Part shown: piece by piece, positions 42,461 through 51,175 of the stretch
How positions within the stretch are numbered: position 1 is the stretch's first letter
Layout of the letters: the number at the start of each line of letters is the position of its first letter
Source of the DNA: Desulfobacterales bacterium
GTDB taxonomy: Bacteria > Desulfobacterota > Desulfobacteria > Desulfobacterales > UBA2174
Length of the DNA: 64,000 nt
Direction: 5' to 3'
Assembly: GCA_963668645.2 (NCBI GenBank)
Contig: CAXXWC010000001.1
Span: 526,090-590,089 of the forward strand
Program-made: the position numbers and the translations under genes
Notes under the pieces: generated by a model
What the model saw: only the letters and a program-made list of their open reading frames with translations
Database searches by the model: none
Told to the model about the DNA's origin: nothing

Positions 42461-42906
42461 AAGATTCTCCTTTGTTTAGTTTGTGGTTGAATTATTGAAT
42501 ATCAGGCATTTCAATATAGCCGCAATACACCGGCTTTTTGATAATTTCAAGAGAAAATTTTCAAAAACCAACCTTTTGATATCGATTTAAGAAAATTTAA
42601 TTTAGATTATTTTCCCCATCTTGACGTCATCAATTTTCAATGCAACCCCACGGTACTTAAATTTAAAAGCTTGGGATTAGGCTCGACTTGTTCACAGAGC
42701 CGTTGCTCCTGAATGGCACCCGCAATAATCATTCCCGTAATCACGAAACACAGCACTGCGCAAGATCCGCCTATTCTAAAAAAAGAAAAGATAGGGTCTG
42801 CATCACTTTGATACTTGATCGGAGATCCATTTGGAACTGTTTTCAACAACGTTATGGATCCGTTTTTCTTGGACGGGACAGTCGAAGCAATCTTGCCGAT
42901 GCCACT

Positions 42907-43245
42907 CTAACCTTCGAAATGCACCGCCAGCCAGATCGTATCCTGGTTGGGGTCGGTGAAGACCACCCGGTGGCGCACATGGGCATCGATAAGAAGATGG
43001 TCCCCCGGTCCCATATCCACCGGATGCGAATGGTCGGCGAAGACCAGGCGTCCCCGGCCCTGGACCACCATCACCCATTCGGGCCAATCCTGATCGTACC
43101 AAAACCCTGGCGCCGTGGTATGCCCCCGGGAAACGATCCGTTCGATGCGCACCTTGCCTGCCGCTGCGATCACCGCCACAGATTCCTCGGGCATGATTTG
43201 CGGAATGGCATCCAGAATGTTTTGCACATTGATCCCGTCTTTCAT
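42907..43245 (-). CDS. Cupin domain protein
   Basis: RIERIVS.G, WYDQ...EWV.V..G, GD...I.AH.RHRV, WLAV. Confidence 0.85.
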   Translation of the reverse strand: MKDGINVQNILDAIPQIMPEESVAVIAAAGKVRIERIVSRGHTTAPGFWYDQDWPEWVMVVQGRGRLVFADHSHPVDMGPGDHLLIDAHVRHRVVFTDPNQDTIWLAVHFEG

Positions 43246-43355
43246 CTTGCCTCGCCTTGCGTCTGCCACCCGCGTGATCGCCGCGGCGACCGATCGAAGT
43301 TGTCGTGCCAGTCCATACCTCACATAACGCTCGGCCCTGTCCGGCTCGAACCGCC

Positions 43356-45512
43356 CTACTCTTCTTTTTGCGGCAAAGAAGAAGCAGATCCGGCCAAGGA
43401 TCGATGGGCCGCTACCATTTCAAGCAGCTCCGTAGCATAACGTTTCCCCTTCTTGCCGCCCAACCCCTTTATGGTGCGCAGTTCTTCGCTGGTCGCCGGC
43501 AGTTGAGCCGCGACGGCCGCCAGCACCTTGTTGGGCAGGATCATGAAGGCCGGCAGATCCTCCTCCCGGGCCTTGGCGTTGCGCCAGTCCTTGAGCCTCC
43601 GGTAAAGCTCGGAATTTTCGATCTCTGCGGTCTTTTCCAGCGTCTTGGCGGCCGGCTGCGACTCGGGGGCCGTTTCCTGCAGCAAGGCCCGGGAGCGGGC
43701 CTTGAGATAATCGCCAAAAACGATCCCTTCGCGGCAACTCTCAAGACAGAAGCGCTTGGTCTGCGCCTCTTTGCAAGCGGCCGTAATGGCTGCCTCAAGG
43801 GCCTTGGCCACTTCGCGGTTGTCGGTTTCAAAAGTCACGCCGTTCATGGGCCCGAGCACCAGCAGCTCGATTTGGCCAGCGAAATAGACCGCGGCCTTGC
43901 CGACCCGCTCTTGAAGATATGCACAGTCCTGTGGAATTTCGGCCGTCCGGGCGATGGCGTGCCGCTGGAAGCCGAATTTTTCGGCCACCAGGGCAACATG
44001 GAGATCGACCGCATCGAGAATCCGCTGAAAAACGTCCGCTTCCACGCCAACCAGGATCGATCGGTGGGCGCCGGCGATCTTCAAACAGGTCTTCAGAGCT
44101 CGTCGCAGCGCGGAAAAGTCGAAAAGCTCGTCCAGCAGGGACAGCTGGTAATCGCGCCGGGCCCGGCGAAGCCGTTCCTCGTCGGGGGCATCACGGGCCA
44201 TCATCCTGTTGAAAGCCGCCACTTCGGTGTTGCTTTTTATACAGCGCCGTTCCAGAGGCGTGCTGAGCACCAACCCCTCAAGGGTCGTGCAGCGGCTCAG
44301 CGCCACGTAGACCTGTCCATCGGCGAAAGCCTGGGCTGCATCGATGATGGCTCGCTCGAAAGTCAAACCCTGGCTCTTGTGGATCGTGATGGCCCAGGCC
44401 AGCTTGAGGGGGTACTGGGTGAAGGTGCCGGTTACGGTTTCCCGGATCTCGCGGGTTTCGGAATCAAGCGTGTACTGGATATTCTGCCATTCGGCCGTTT
44501 CGACCTCGATAGGCGCGCTGTCTTCGGGACATTCGACGATCAGCTTGTCCCGGCCGATGCGCACCAGCCGCCCGATCTTGCCGTTGAAGTAACGTTTTTC
44601 CGGGGAAGGATCGTTTCTGACAAACATCACCTGAGCCCCGGGTTTGAGCACTAGTTCATCTACCGTGGGGAAGGCGTGGGCAGGAAACTCCCCCTGCACC
44701 GCCGCCTGAAAACGCTTCTCGCCACCGGGCAGGGCCTTGAGGCGGCTGGCGTTGATTTTTTCCGCCCGCTGGTTGTGAGTTGTCAGGGTGATATATCCGG
44801 GCTGTCCCTGCTTGGCAAAAGCCGGATCCCAGCGCTGGTTGAGAGCCTCCAGGGTTGGACCGTCGATGCGGTTTTCGCGCACGCTTGCCAGCAGGTCGAT
44901 AAAATCCTTATCGCTCTGGCGATAGATGTGCTGCAGCTCGATGCTTACCATTCCGCTTCGGGCCAAGGCGCGGCTTCCGAAGAAAAAGACCGTCTCATAA
45001 TGGTTGCGCAGCAGCTTCCATTCGTCTTCCTTGGCCACCGGCGCCAGTTGATGCAAGTCGCCGATCATTAACAGTTGGACCCCGCCGAAGGGGCTGTCAC
45101 CGGGTCGAAATCGGCGCAGCACGGCATCCACGCCGTCCAACAGGTCCGCCCGCACCATGCTGATCTCGTCGATGACCAAAAGATCGAGGCTGCGGATGAT
45201 ATCGATCTTCTGGCGGCTGAAACGAAACTGGCGGCCCGGCGGACGGACCGGTTCCAGCCGGTTGGCGGCCTCACTGCCGGGAGCCAGAGGACCGAAAGGC
45301 AATTGGAAAAAAGAGTGGATGGTGACCCCGCCGGCATTGACCGCCGCCACCCCGGTGGGGGCGACCACGATCATGCGCTTGGGCGTGCGTTGCTTGAGCG
45401 TGTGCAAAAATGTGGTTTTGCCGGTACCGGCCTTGCCTGTAAGAAAAACATGGCGCCCGGTATGGGCGACAAAATCGTAGGCCAGGGCCAGCTCCCGGTT
45501 CTCGTCGGTCAT
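43356..45512 (-). CDS. Pif1/RecD-like SF1B helicase with C-terminal HRDC domain
   Basis: LTGKAGTGKT, APTG.AA, IDEISM, GDLHQL.PV, YRQ, QYPLKLAWAITIHKSQG; HRDC L..WR...A......AFMI. Confidence 0.9.
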   Translation of the reverse strand: MTDENRELALAYDFVAHTGRHVFLTGKAGTGKTTFLHTLKQRTPKRMIVVAPTGVAAVNAGGVTIHSFFQLPFGPLAPGSEAANRLEPVRPPGRQFRFSRQKIDIIRSLDLLVIDEISMVRADLLDGVDAVLRRFRPGDSPFGGVQLLMIGDLHQLAPVAKEDEWKLLRNHYETVFFFGSRALARSGMVSIELQHIYRQSDKDFIDLLASVRENRIDGPTLEALNQRWDPAFAKQGQPGYITLTTHNQRAEKINASRLKALPGGEKRFQAAVQGEFPAHAFPTVDELVLKPGAQVMFVRNDPSPEKRYFNGKIGRLVRIGRDKLIVECPEDSAPIEVETAEWQNIQYTLDSETREIRETVTGTFTQYPLKLAWAITIHKSQGLTFERAIIDAAQAFADGQVYVALSRCTTLEGLVLSTPLERRCIKSNTEVAAFNRMMARDAPDEERLRRARRDYQLSLLDELFDFSALRRALKTCLKIAGAHRSILVGVEADVFQRILDAVDLHVALVAEKFGFQRHAIARTAEIPQDCAYLQERVGKAAVYFAGQIELLVLGPMNGVTFETDNREVAKALEAAITAACKEAQTKRFCLESCREGIVFGDYLKARSRALLQETAPESQPAAKTLEKTAEIENSELYRRLKDWRNAKAREEDLPAFMILPNKVLAAVAAQLPATSEELRTIKGLGGKKGKRYATELLEMVAAHRSLAGSASSLPQKEE

Positions 45513-45598
45513 GGTTTTACCTTTGCAATTTGCCCGCTGCTGAATTAAGCAGGCGCATCGGATGATGGGTGCGGATCCTTTCCCGGATGGAGGCACTT

Positions 45599-46363
45599 AT
45601 GCAGTATACCCAGGCCATTACCCGCAAACCCGGCGCAAACTTTCACCAGGGGATCACCTCGATCCCCTGGGACCGGAGGCCGGACTACGCCCGAATCCTC
45701 GAACAGCATGCCGCTTATGTCAAGACGCTGGCTGACCTTGGCGTGGTTGTAACGGATCTGGCGCCCGAGCCGGATTTTCCGGATGCCTACTTCGTGGAGG
45801 ATACGGCCGTCATGCTGCCCGGGGCCGCCGTAGTGACGCGTCCGGGTGATCCGTCACGCCTGGGCGAGGCGCAACGGATCGCACCGGTGCTAAAAGCGTT
45901 TGTCAATCTGGATTTTATCCACGAACCGGGTCTTGTGGACGGCGGGGATGTGCTGCAGGTGGAGGATCATTTTTTTATCGGACTGTCCGGCCGCACCAAT
46001 GGTGAAGGGGCCCGCCAACTGGGCCGAATTGTGGAAAAGCATGGTTTTTCTTGGTCCACCGTAAAAGTAACGACAGCGCTTCATTTGAAAAGCAGGGTCA
46101 ATTGCGTGGGCGACCGCACGCTTCTGCTCCAGGCCGCCTATGCCCGGGCGCCGGTCTTCGCCGACTATCGAAAAATCGTCGTCCCCTCCGAGGAGGCGCC
46201 GGCGGCCAATGTGCTGGCCATCAACGGCACCCTGCTGACCCCGGAAGGATTCCCCCGCACTCGAAAGGCACTTGAAGTGTTGGGCCGGCCCATTATCGAA
46301 ATGGATATCAGCGAGGTCATGCTTATGGACGGCGGGTTAAGCTGCCTGTCGCTGCGATTTTAA
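45599..46363 (+). CDS. Dimethylarginine dimethylaminohydrolase (amidinotransferase superfamily)
   Basis: PDAYFVED, SR.GE, DGGDVL, RTN.EG, LHLKS, DGGLSCLSLRF. Confidence 0.88.
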   Translation: MQYTQAITRKPGANFHQGITSIPWDRRPDYARILEQHAAYVKTLADLGVVVTDLAPEPDFPDAYFVEDTAVMLPGAAVVTRPGDPSRLGEAQRIAPVLKAFVNLDFIHEPGLVDGGDVLQVEDHFFIGLSGRTNGEGARQLGRIVEKHGFSWSTVKVTTALHLKSRVNCVGDRTLLLQAAYARAPVFADYRKIVVPSEEAPAANVLAINGTLLTPEGFPRTRKALEVLGRPIIEMDISEVMLMDGGLSCLSLRF

Positions 46364-46379
46364 TAAGAGACCATGGTCA

Positions 46380-47336
46380 TCAGGTGCCCCCGGCACCGCC
46401 ACCACCGCCGCCGCCTGCGCCACCACCACCTGGGCCGCCACCGGCACCCCCCCCTGGACCGCCGCCGCCACCACCACCTGAGCCGCCCCCGGCACCACCA
46501 CCGCCGGAGCCTGAACCGCCTCCTGAACCGGCGGCACCGGAGCCCTGCCCGCCTGCACTGACCTGACCGGCGCCCTGGGCTGTCCCGGTGCCTGAATGTG
46601 CGCTCTGTCCGAAAGCCTGGGCATACCCCCGCGCCAGCGCTTCAGGATTCGAGCCCGCACGCCGCGCGGACATCGCCTGGCGCGCCTGGCGCAGGGCATC
46701 GGCGTTGAGCCCCTGGGCCACGGCCCGGCTGACCACCTGAGCGATCCGGTCCGGCGCAATCCCCTGGCGGGCCATATCGCGTGCGGTCAACAGGGTCTCA
46801 CGTGCCAGCAGCATCCCTTGCTCCGACTTCATTTGACGCGCCCGTGTTTCCAGCCGATCCACGACCATCGCCATGTTCTGATGGGTCAATCCCGCGGCCA
46901 TCCCTGTAACCATGATGTTTCCCAGAGCAGCCCGCTGCCGGTCGTCCGCAGTCAGACGGTGGGCCGTGGTATAGGCAAAAGCGTAGCGGTCGGCGACGTG
47001 ATCCACGGCCCTGACCATCATGGCAGCGGTCGCCTGCTTGGCATATCCTTCCATCAGCTTGGCCGCCAGGGTCTCGGTAGGCAGCCCCTGCCGGTGGGCC
47101 GCAAGGATGGTTTGGTTAACGGCCTGCATCTGTTTGGAGCTGAAATTCGAGCGGATCATGGTCTGAACCGCTTTTTGCGCAATCTCGGGCGCCAACCCGG
47201 CCGCCACCAGCCCCTGAACCTGATTCTGTACCATCTGGCCATCCTGCTGGGTACCGTCGTCCGCCGCACCGGCACCATACAAGCCGGCAGGCAGCATCAA
47301 AATTCCTAGCACGAGCATCAAAGCCATGTTTTTCAT
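46380..47336 (-). CDS. Exported helical protein with Gly/Ser/Ala-rich disordered tail
   Basis: Hydrophobic signal peptide; GLP...L..K..EG.AK motif; C-terminal poly-Gly tract. Confidence 0.75.
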   Translation of the reverse strand: MKNMALMLVLGILMLPAGLYGAGAADDGTQQDGQMVQNQVQGLVAAGLAPEIAQKAVQTMIRSNFSSKQMQAVNQTILAAHRQGLPTETLAAKLMEGYAKQATAAMMVRAVDHVADRYAFAYTTAHRLTADDRQRAALGNIMVTGMAAGLTHQNMAMVVDRLETRARQMKSEQGMLLARETLLTARDMARQGIAPDRIAQVVSRAVAQGLNADALRQARQAMSARRAGSNPEALARGYAQAFGQSAHSGTGTAQGAGQVSAGGQGSGAAGSGGGSGSGGGGAGGGSGGGGGGGPGGGAGGGPGGGGAGGGGGGGAGGT

Positions 47337-47381
47337 CGATCGAACCCTATCCTCAAAGCCGCAGTTGGTATTGTCCTTTAC

Positions 47382-47406
47382 AACGCAACCGAGCCGCGGA
47401 AGTTAC
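47382..47406 (-). promoter_or_regulatory. ECF-type promoter, copy 1
   Basis: GTAACT-N15-CGTT upstream of the 46380-47336 gene. Confidence 0.7.
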
Positions 47407-47415
47407 AATCCCGTC

Positions 47416-47739
47416 TCAGGGCTGATGAATGCAGTTTTGCATCCCGAAATCGTCCGCCTGGCGGTAGCGGCAATCGGGCTGATAAACCTTGCCGTCGACA
47501 ATATAAAAATACTGGAATTCCCCGGTGGAAGGGACGCTGGCCGTCCAGGTCCCGAAAAAGCCCGGCGAGGCCGGGTGGCGCCGGAAGTCGTCCACCGAGG
47601 CGGCGATTTCGACCTCGTGCGCCTCGGGTAGATAGAGGTAAAGCAGCGTATCCCCCGATCCAGTGGAACGATCTTGGTGGGTGGCGCATCCTAGCAGCCC
47701 GGCACCGAGCAGCGCGGCAAAGATCAAATTTCGGATCAT
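47416..47739 (-). CDS. Lipoprotein with CBM48/AMPK-beta-like glycogen-binding domain
   Basis: Lipobox LLGC; A.EV.I...., G.W, Y.YIVDG, D.FG..N; ATGA overlap with the upstream gene. Confidence 0.75.
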   Translation of the reverse strand: MIRNLIFAALLGAGLLGCATHQDRSTGSGDTLLYLYLPEAHEVEIAASVDDFRRHPASPGFFGTWTASVPSTGEFQYFYIVDGKVYQPDCRYRQADDFGMQNCIHQP

Positions 47740-48335
47740 ACGGCCTCGTCGATGCGGATAATGGTGTTTTCTCCGCCGAAATCGTCCTTTTCCCTCGAAG
47801 CAACAGTTGGATCGGGCATCTGACGGCCATCTCCGGCAACAAAGCTGTAGCGATGCTCTCCGGCCGGAAGATCGACCGTCAGGGACCAGTAGCCACTGAC
47901 GCCGGTCGGCTGCATGGGAACCGGAACCCACTGGGTAAAGGACCCCACGAGCTGAATCTGGCGGGCCGTCGGGTCGAACAAGACAAACCGGAAGGGCCGC
48001 TGCACCGCTGCGGGCGCCTTCGGATACAGCCCCCAAACTGCAGCTACGGAGATCATCACCACCAGGGTCAGGACCGCAGCGAATCCGGGCCGCCACCACC
48101 GCCACCAGGGGACGGGCCCATTCCCGAAAAAGGACTGCCGGCCCTGCTGCATGCCCGGGACCGGCATCGGCGGCAGGGTAGCGACCGGGTCCTGGCGCAG
48201 CCGCTTTTCCTGGTTGAGCAGTGCAACCGCTTCGTCTTTGAGGACCACGTTCCCATGGACGGTTTGGACAAAGTCGATTTTTTCATCCAGATCGAGTTCA
48301 TCGTCGATAAACAGGCTGATCAGATAATCTTTCAT
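47736..48335 (-). CDS. Putative anti-sigma factor: N-terminal helical domain, TM helix, CBM48-like extracytoplasmic domain
   Basis: LISLFIDDELD N-terminus, single TM, ARQIQLVGSFTQW, GYW...V.LP.GEH.Y.F, DP, DDFGGEN. Confidence 0.78.
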   Translation of the reverse strand: MKDYLISLFIDDELDLDEKIDFVQTVHGNVVLKDEAVALLNQEKRLRQDPVATLPPMPVPGMQQGRQSFFGNGPVPWWRWWRPGFAAVLTLVVMISVAAVWGLYPKAPAAVQRPFRFVLFDPTARQIQLVGSFTQWVPVPMQPTGVSGYWSLTVDLPAGEHRYSFVAGDGRQMPDPTVASREKDDFGGENTIIRIDEAV

Positions 48336-48808
48336 GGTGTCTCCGCATCCAGGATCGCTCTGAGTTTGAGCCTTGCCCGGTGGACCTTGACCTTGACATT
48401 GGCCAGGCTGTTGCCGGTTAGCTCGGCGATCTGCTGGTAGGAAAGTCCGCTGGTGGCGGCCAGTGACAGAATATCCCGCTCCTCAACGTCAATCCGCTGC
48501 AAGACGGAAAGCAGGCGGCGGCATTCATCACGCGCCAGGAGTTGGGCCTCTGGATCTTGCCCATCTGCGTGGTCGTTCTCCTTGAATTCGGCGCCCTCTT
48601 TACCGCGGCGCACATGATCGTAGAGCAGGTTACGGCCGATAACGAACAGCAGCGGTGCACTTGGTTCCCGCTCTGCATATCGTTCCAGATAGCGGGTAAA
48701 GGCCTCCTGGGTCAGGTCGGCCGCCAGCGGCGGATCTCCGGTGCGTCGCAGCAGGTACCCCATCAGCCGGCGGCCTTGGGTTTCGTAAAATTGGCGTAAA
48801 TGCTTCAC
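48332..48808 (-). CDS. ECF sigma factor
   Basis: Region 2 A.DL.QEAF...L, LF.I.RN...D..R; region 4 GLSYQQIAE.TG.S..NVKV.VHRAR.KL. Confidence 0.9.
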   Translation of the reverse strand: MKHLRQFYETQGRRLMGYLLRRTGDPPLAADLTQEAFTRYLERYAEREPSAPLLFVIGRNLLYDHVRRGKEGAEFKENDHADGQDPEAQLLARDECRRLLSVLQRIDVEERDILSLAATSGLSYQQIAELTGNSLANVKVKVHRARLKLRAILDAETP

Positions 48809-48819
48809 CTTAACCCGGA

Positions 48820-48844
48820 AACGGTTTTCAGCCGTTAAGGTTAC
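48820..48844 (-). promoter_or_regulatory. ECF-type promoter, copy 2 (likely sigma autoregulation)
   Basis: GTAACC-N15-CGTT ending 11 nt before the sigma GTG. Confidence 0.72.
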
Positions 48845-48884
48845 GTCACGATGAAAATATTTTTCCCAAAAAGCCACTTGGGCT

Positions 48885-48909
48885 GTAACCATCGACTTGG
48901 CTGAACGTT
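48885..48909 (+). promoter_or_regulatory. ECF-type promoter, copy 3
   Basis: GTAACC-N15-CGTT upstream of the Gly-rich repeat gene. Confidence 0.72.
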
Positions 48910-48991
48910 ATCAGATCCAAACGCCACTGATGCATCGGGGCAACACTCGCTTTCGGTTTCGCAAAAACATTCAACCCAATGGAGGACAACC

Positions 48992-49456
48992 ATGCAACTC
49001 AAGACAAGACTGGTCAAGACCATCATCGTTCTTTCGGCGCTTCTGCTGCTGGCGGCCCCAGCCATGGCCGGCCATGGCCGGGGGCACGGCTATGGACCGG
49101 GCGACGGCACAGGCAACGGCGGTGTCGGGCCGGGTGACGGCACAGGCAACGGGCCGGGGGACTGCAGCCTGATCCAACCTGACAACGCACCCGCACTGCT
49201 GGCCCGCGGCGGAAACGGCAACGGTGGAAATGGACCGGGCGACGGCACAGGCAACGGCGGCGTCGGGCCCGGGGACGGCACAGGCAATGGGCCGGGCGAC
49301 TGCAGCCTGACCCAACCTGACAACGCACCCGCACTGCTGGCCCGCGGCGGAAACGGCAACGGTGGAAATGGACCGGGCGACGGAACGGGCAACGGCGGCG
49401 TCGGACCCGGGGACGGCACAGGCAATGGAGGACCGGGCGACTGCAGCCTGGCATAA
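48992..49456 (+). CDS. Secreted Gly/Asn/Asp-rich repeat protein
   Basis: GGAGG RBS, Sec signal ending AMA, three GPGDGTGNGGVGPGDGTGNG(G)PGDCSL cores. Confidence 0.85.
   Translation: MQLKTRLVKTIIVLSALLLLAAPAMAGHGRGHGYGPGDGTGNGGVGPGDGTGNGPGDCSLIQPDNAPALLARGGNGNGGNGPGDGTGNGGVGPGDGTGNGPGDCSLTQPDNAPALLARGGNGNGGNGPGDGTGNGGVGPGDGTGNGGPGDCSLA
49094..49453 (+). repeat. 138-bp (46-aa) coding tandem repeat, about 2.6 copies
   Basis: Units start at 49094, 49232 and 49370 (ggaccgggcgacgg). Confidence 0.9.
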
Positions 49457-49611
49457 CCGGATCGAGCACTCAACCACCGGCAGTTGCGGTGCGCCTTTTG
49501 ATGGGCGGATCGCTGACGGCGGTGGGCCGTTTCATGTCCAACGCGCCCACCGCCGGCCCGGCCGGCTTGCGTCACCTTTTCAGAACCCCGTCTGGTTTGT
49601 CGGTTATGAAA

Positions 49612-50061
49612 TTAATCTGGAGGCGCTGCAGGACTGCTGGTTTGTCGCGCCATGTAATCGTCCAGGGCCGCCCGCACGGCGGCGGCGGCCAGAAAAGCGC
49701 AATGCTGGTCGTCTTCCGGCAAGCCGCCTGTGCGTTCCAGAATCTGTTGACCTTCAAAATCGGCCAGATCTTCAAGGGACCGGTCCCAGACCATTTCGGC
49801 GGCAAACGAGCCGCAAATGACGCTCGGACCGCAGCCGTCGGTGACAAAGGAGGCCCGCACCACCCGGCCTTCAATGATTTTTAAAAAGATCTGCATCGTA
49901 TCGCCGCAAGTCCCGGTGACCTGTCCGTGGGCGTCGGCATCCTCCATGGCTCCCATCCAACGGGGCGTCTTCCAGCGTTCGAAGGCTTCGCGCCCGTAGT
50001 CTTTCAGGGCCTGGGCATCGATCTCGGCCTGCAGGTTGTTGATAAAATCGTCCAGGCTCAT
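49612..50061 (-). CDS. NifU/IscU-like Fe-S scaffold protein
   Basis: CGD.M...L, F..DGCG, HCA.LA. Confidence 0.85.
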   Translation of the reverse strand: MSLDDFINNLQAEIDAQALKDYGREAFERWKTPRWMGAMEDADAHGQVTGTCGDTMQIFLKIIEGRVVRASFVTDGCGPSVICGSFAAEMVWDRSLEDLADFEGQQILERTGGLPEDDQHCAFLAAAAVRAALDDYMARQTSSPAAPPD

Positions 50062-50227
50062 CCGTAACCTCACCGATTCATCGCCGTTCGATTATGTTTT
50101 GTTTTCGTCTCGATCAATTGGGAAGGACTTTTCCTGTTGCCGACGCTCTGGCTCGTTTTTCCCTCCCGACCCCAGGGGGCTTTTCCGTGCGCCAGGGGTA
50201 TATTCGTACCGCAAGCGCGACTGCCGC

Positions 50228-50977
50228 TCAGATGTCGGGTGAATACCGGCGGTGTTGCAAGTAGCGCACCTCTCCCTGCTTGGTCAGAGGGATGATGTGG
50301 GCCGCGTAATAATCTCGCACCACCCGGGGTTCGATGACATGGCGCAGCTTCGGATCGACCGATACCTGTAAAGAAGCGACTTTTTGGGTTACCCGGGCCA
50401 GGATTTGCGCCTCCACCTGCGGTCTGGTCAGCATGCGGATCAGGCCCGCCTCGTCGTCTTGCGCCAAAAGCTCAAGGTACGCGGCGGGATTGGAGCGATA
50501 TTTGCTCTCAGCCACGTAAAGGCTCCCGTAATGGATACGCCGGGCAATGGCCTGGATGGCGTAGACGTCGTGCTCGACGCTCGAACCGTACTGGCCGTCG
50601 TCTCCTGGGCGGCAGATCTTCTCCACCAGGGGCATGTAGCTTTCCAGGATCCTGTCACAAAGGTTGACGCGGTCAAAATCGCCGATCCGCAGGCAGTGGG
50701 GCGGCAGCCGAACCTGCCGCCGCGAGGCCGGCAGCCCGCGGTTAAAGGGGCGCTCCTCCGGGACGCAGAATCTTCCGAAGTAAGCGTCCATCTCTTCCTG
50801 GTAGCGCAGTCGCAGGGCAAAAAGACTCAGCTCCGGTTCGCCTTTGAAACCGCTTTGTCCGGGCTGATAGGCCGTCGGATTGTGGTGAAACTGAGCCCGG
50901 TCGATGAGACGCAAAATGATCGTCTCTTCGAGGCTTTCAAGGTCCGCGGCGATTTGGGCCAGATCGGGTACCGGCAA
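50228..50977 (-). CDS. Chorismate mutase, yeast/plant (Aro7-like) type
   Basis: LE.LEE.II..LI.RAQF, GRF..P.E.PF, DD.QYGSS...D...IQA..RRIHYG..VAE.KY, IIPLTK..EV.YL. Confidence 0.85.
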   Translation of the reverse strand: MPVPDLAQIAADLESLEETIILRLIDRAQFHHNPTAYQPGQSGFKGEPELSLFALRLRYQEEMDAYFGRFCVPEERPFNRGLPASRRQVRLPPHCLRIGDFDRVNLCDRILESYMPLVEKICRPGDDGQYGSSVEHDVYAIQAIARRIHYGSLYVAESKYRSNPAAYLELLAQDDEAGLIRMLTRPQVEAQILARVTQKVASLQVSVDPKLRHVIEPRVVRDYYAAHIIPLTKQGEVRYLQHRRYSPDI

Positions 50978-51175
50978 TGAATATCTCCCTATAAGCCGTA
51001 GTGGAAAATCCCAGGGTTGAGTTAGTATCCGTCCAGAAACGAGTTAGCAGCATACCCGGCGCCATTTCAAGAGGGCTTTGGGGCGCATGTAAAAAAAAGC
51101 GATTGCATCTTCGCCGGCTCTGAGCTTATTCAATGGCTCGTATACGCCATTGAAACCGCTAAACGAAAAGATCCC

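Noticed and set aside
46384..46566. Poly-proline ORF
   Set aside because: Antisense of the poly-Gly tail of the 46380-47336 gene
49094..49453. Possible CRISPR array or RTX substrate of the T1SS
   Set aside because: Repeats are in-frame coding with no unique spacers and no cas genes; the protein has a Sec signal and lacks the GGxGxDxL nonapeptide
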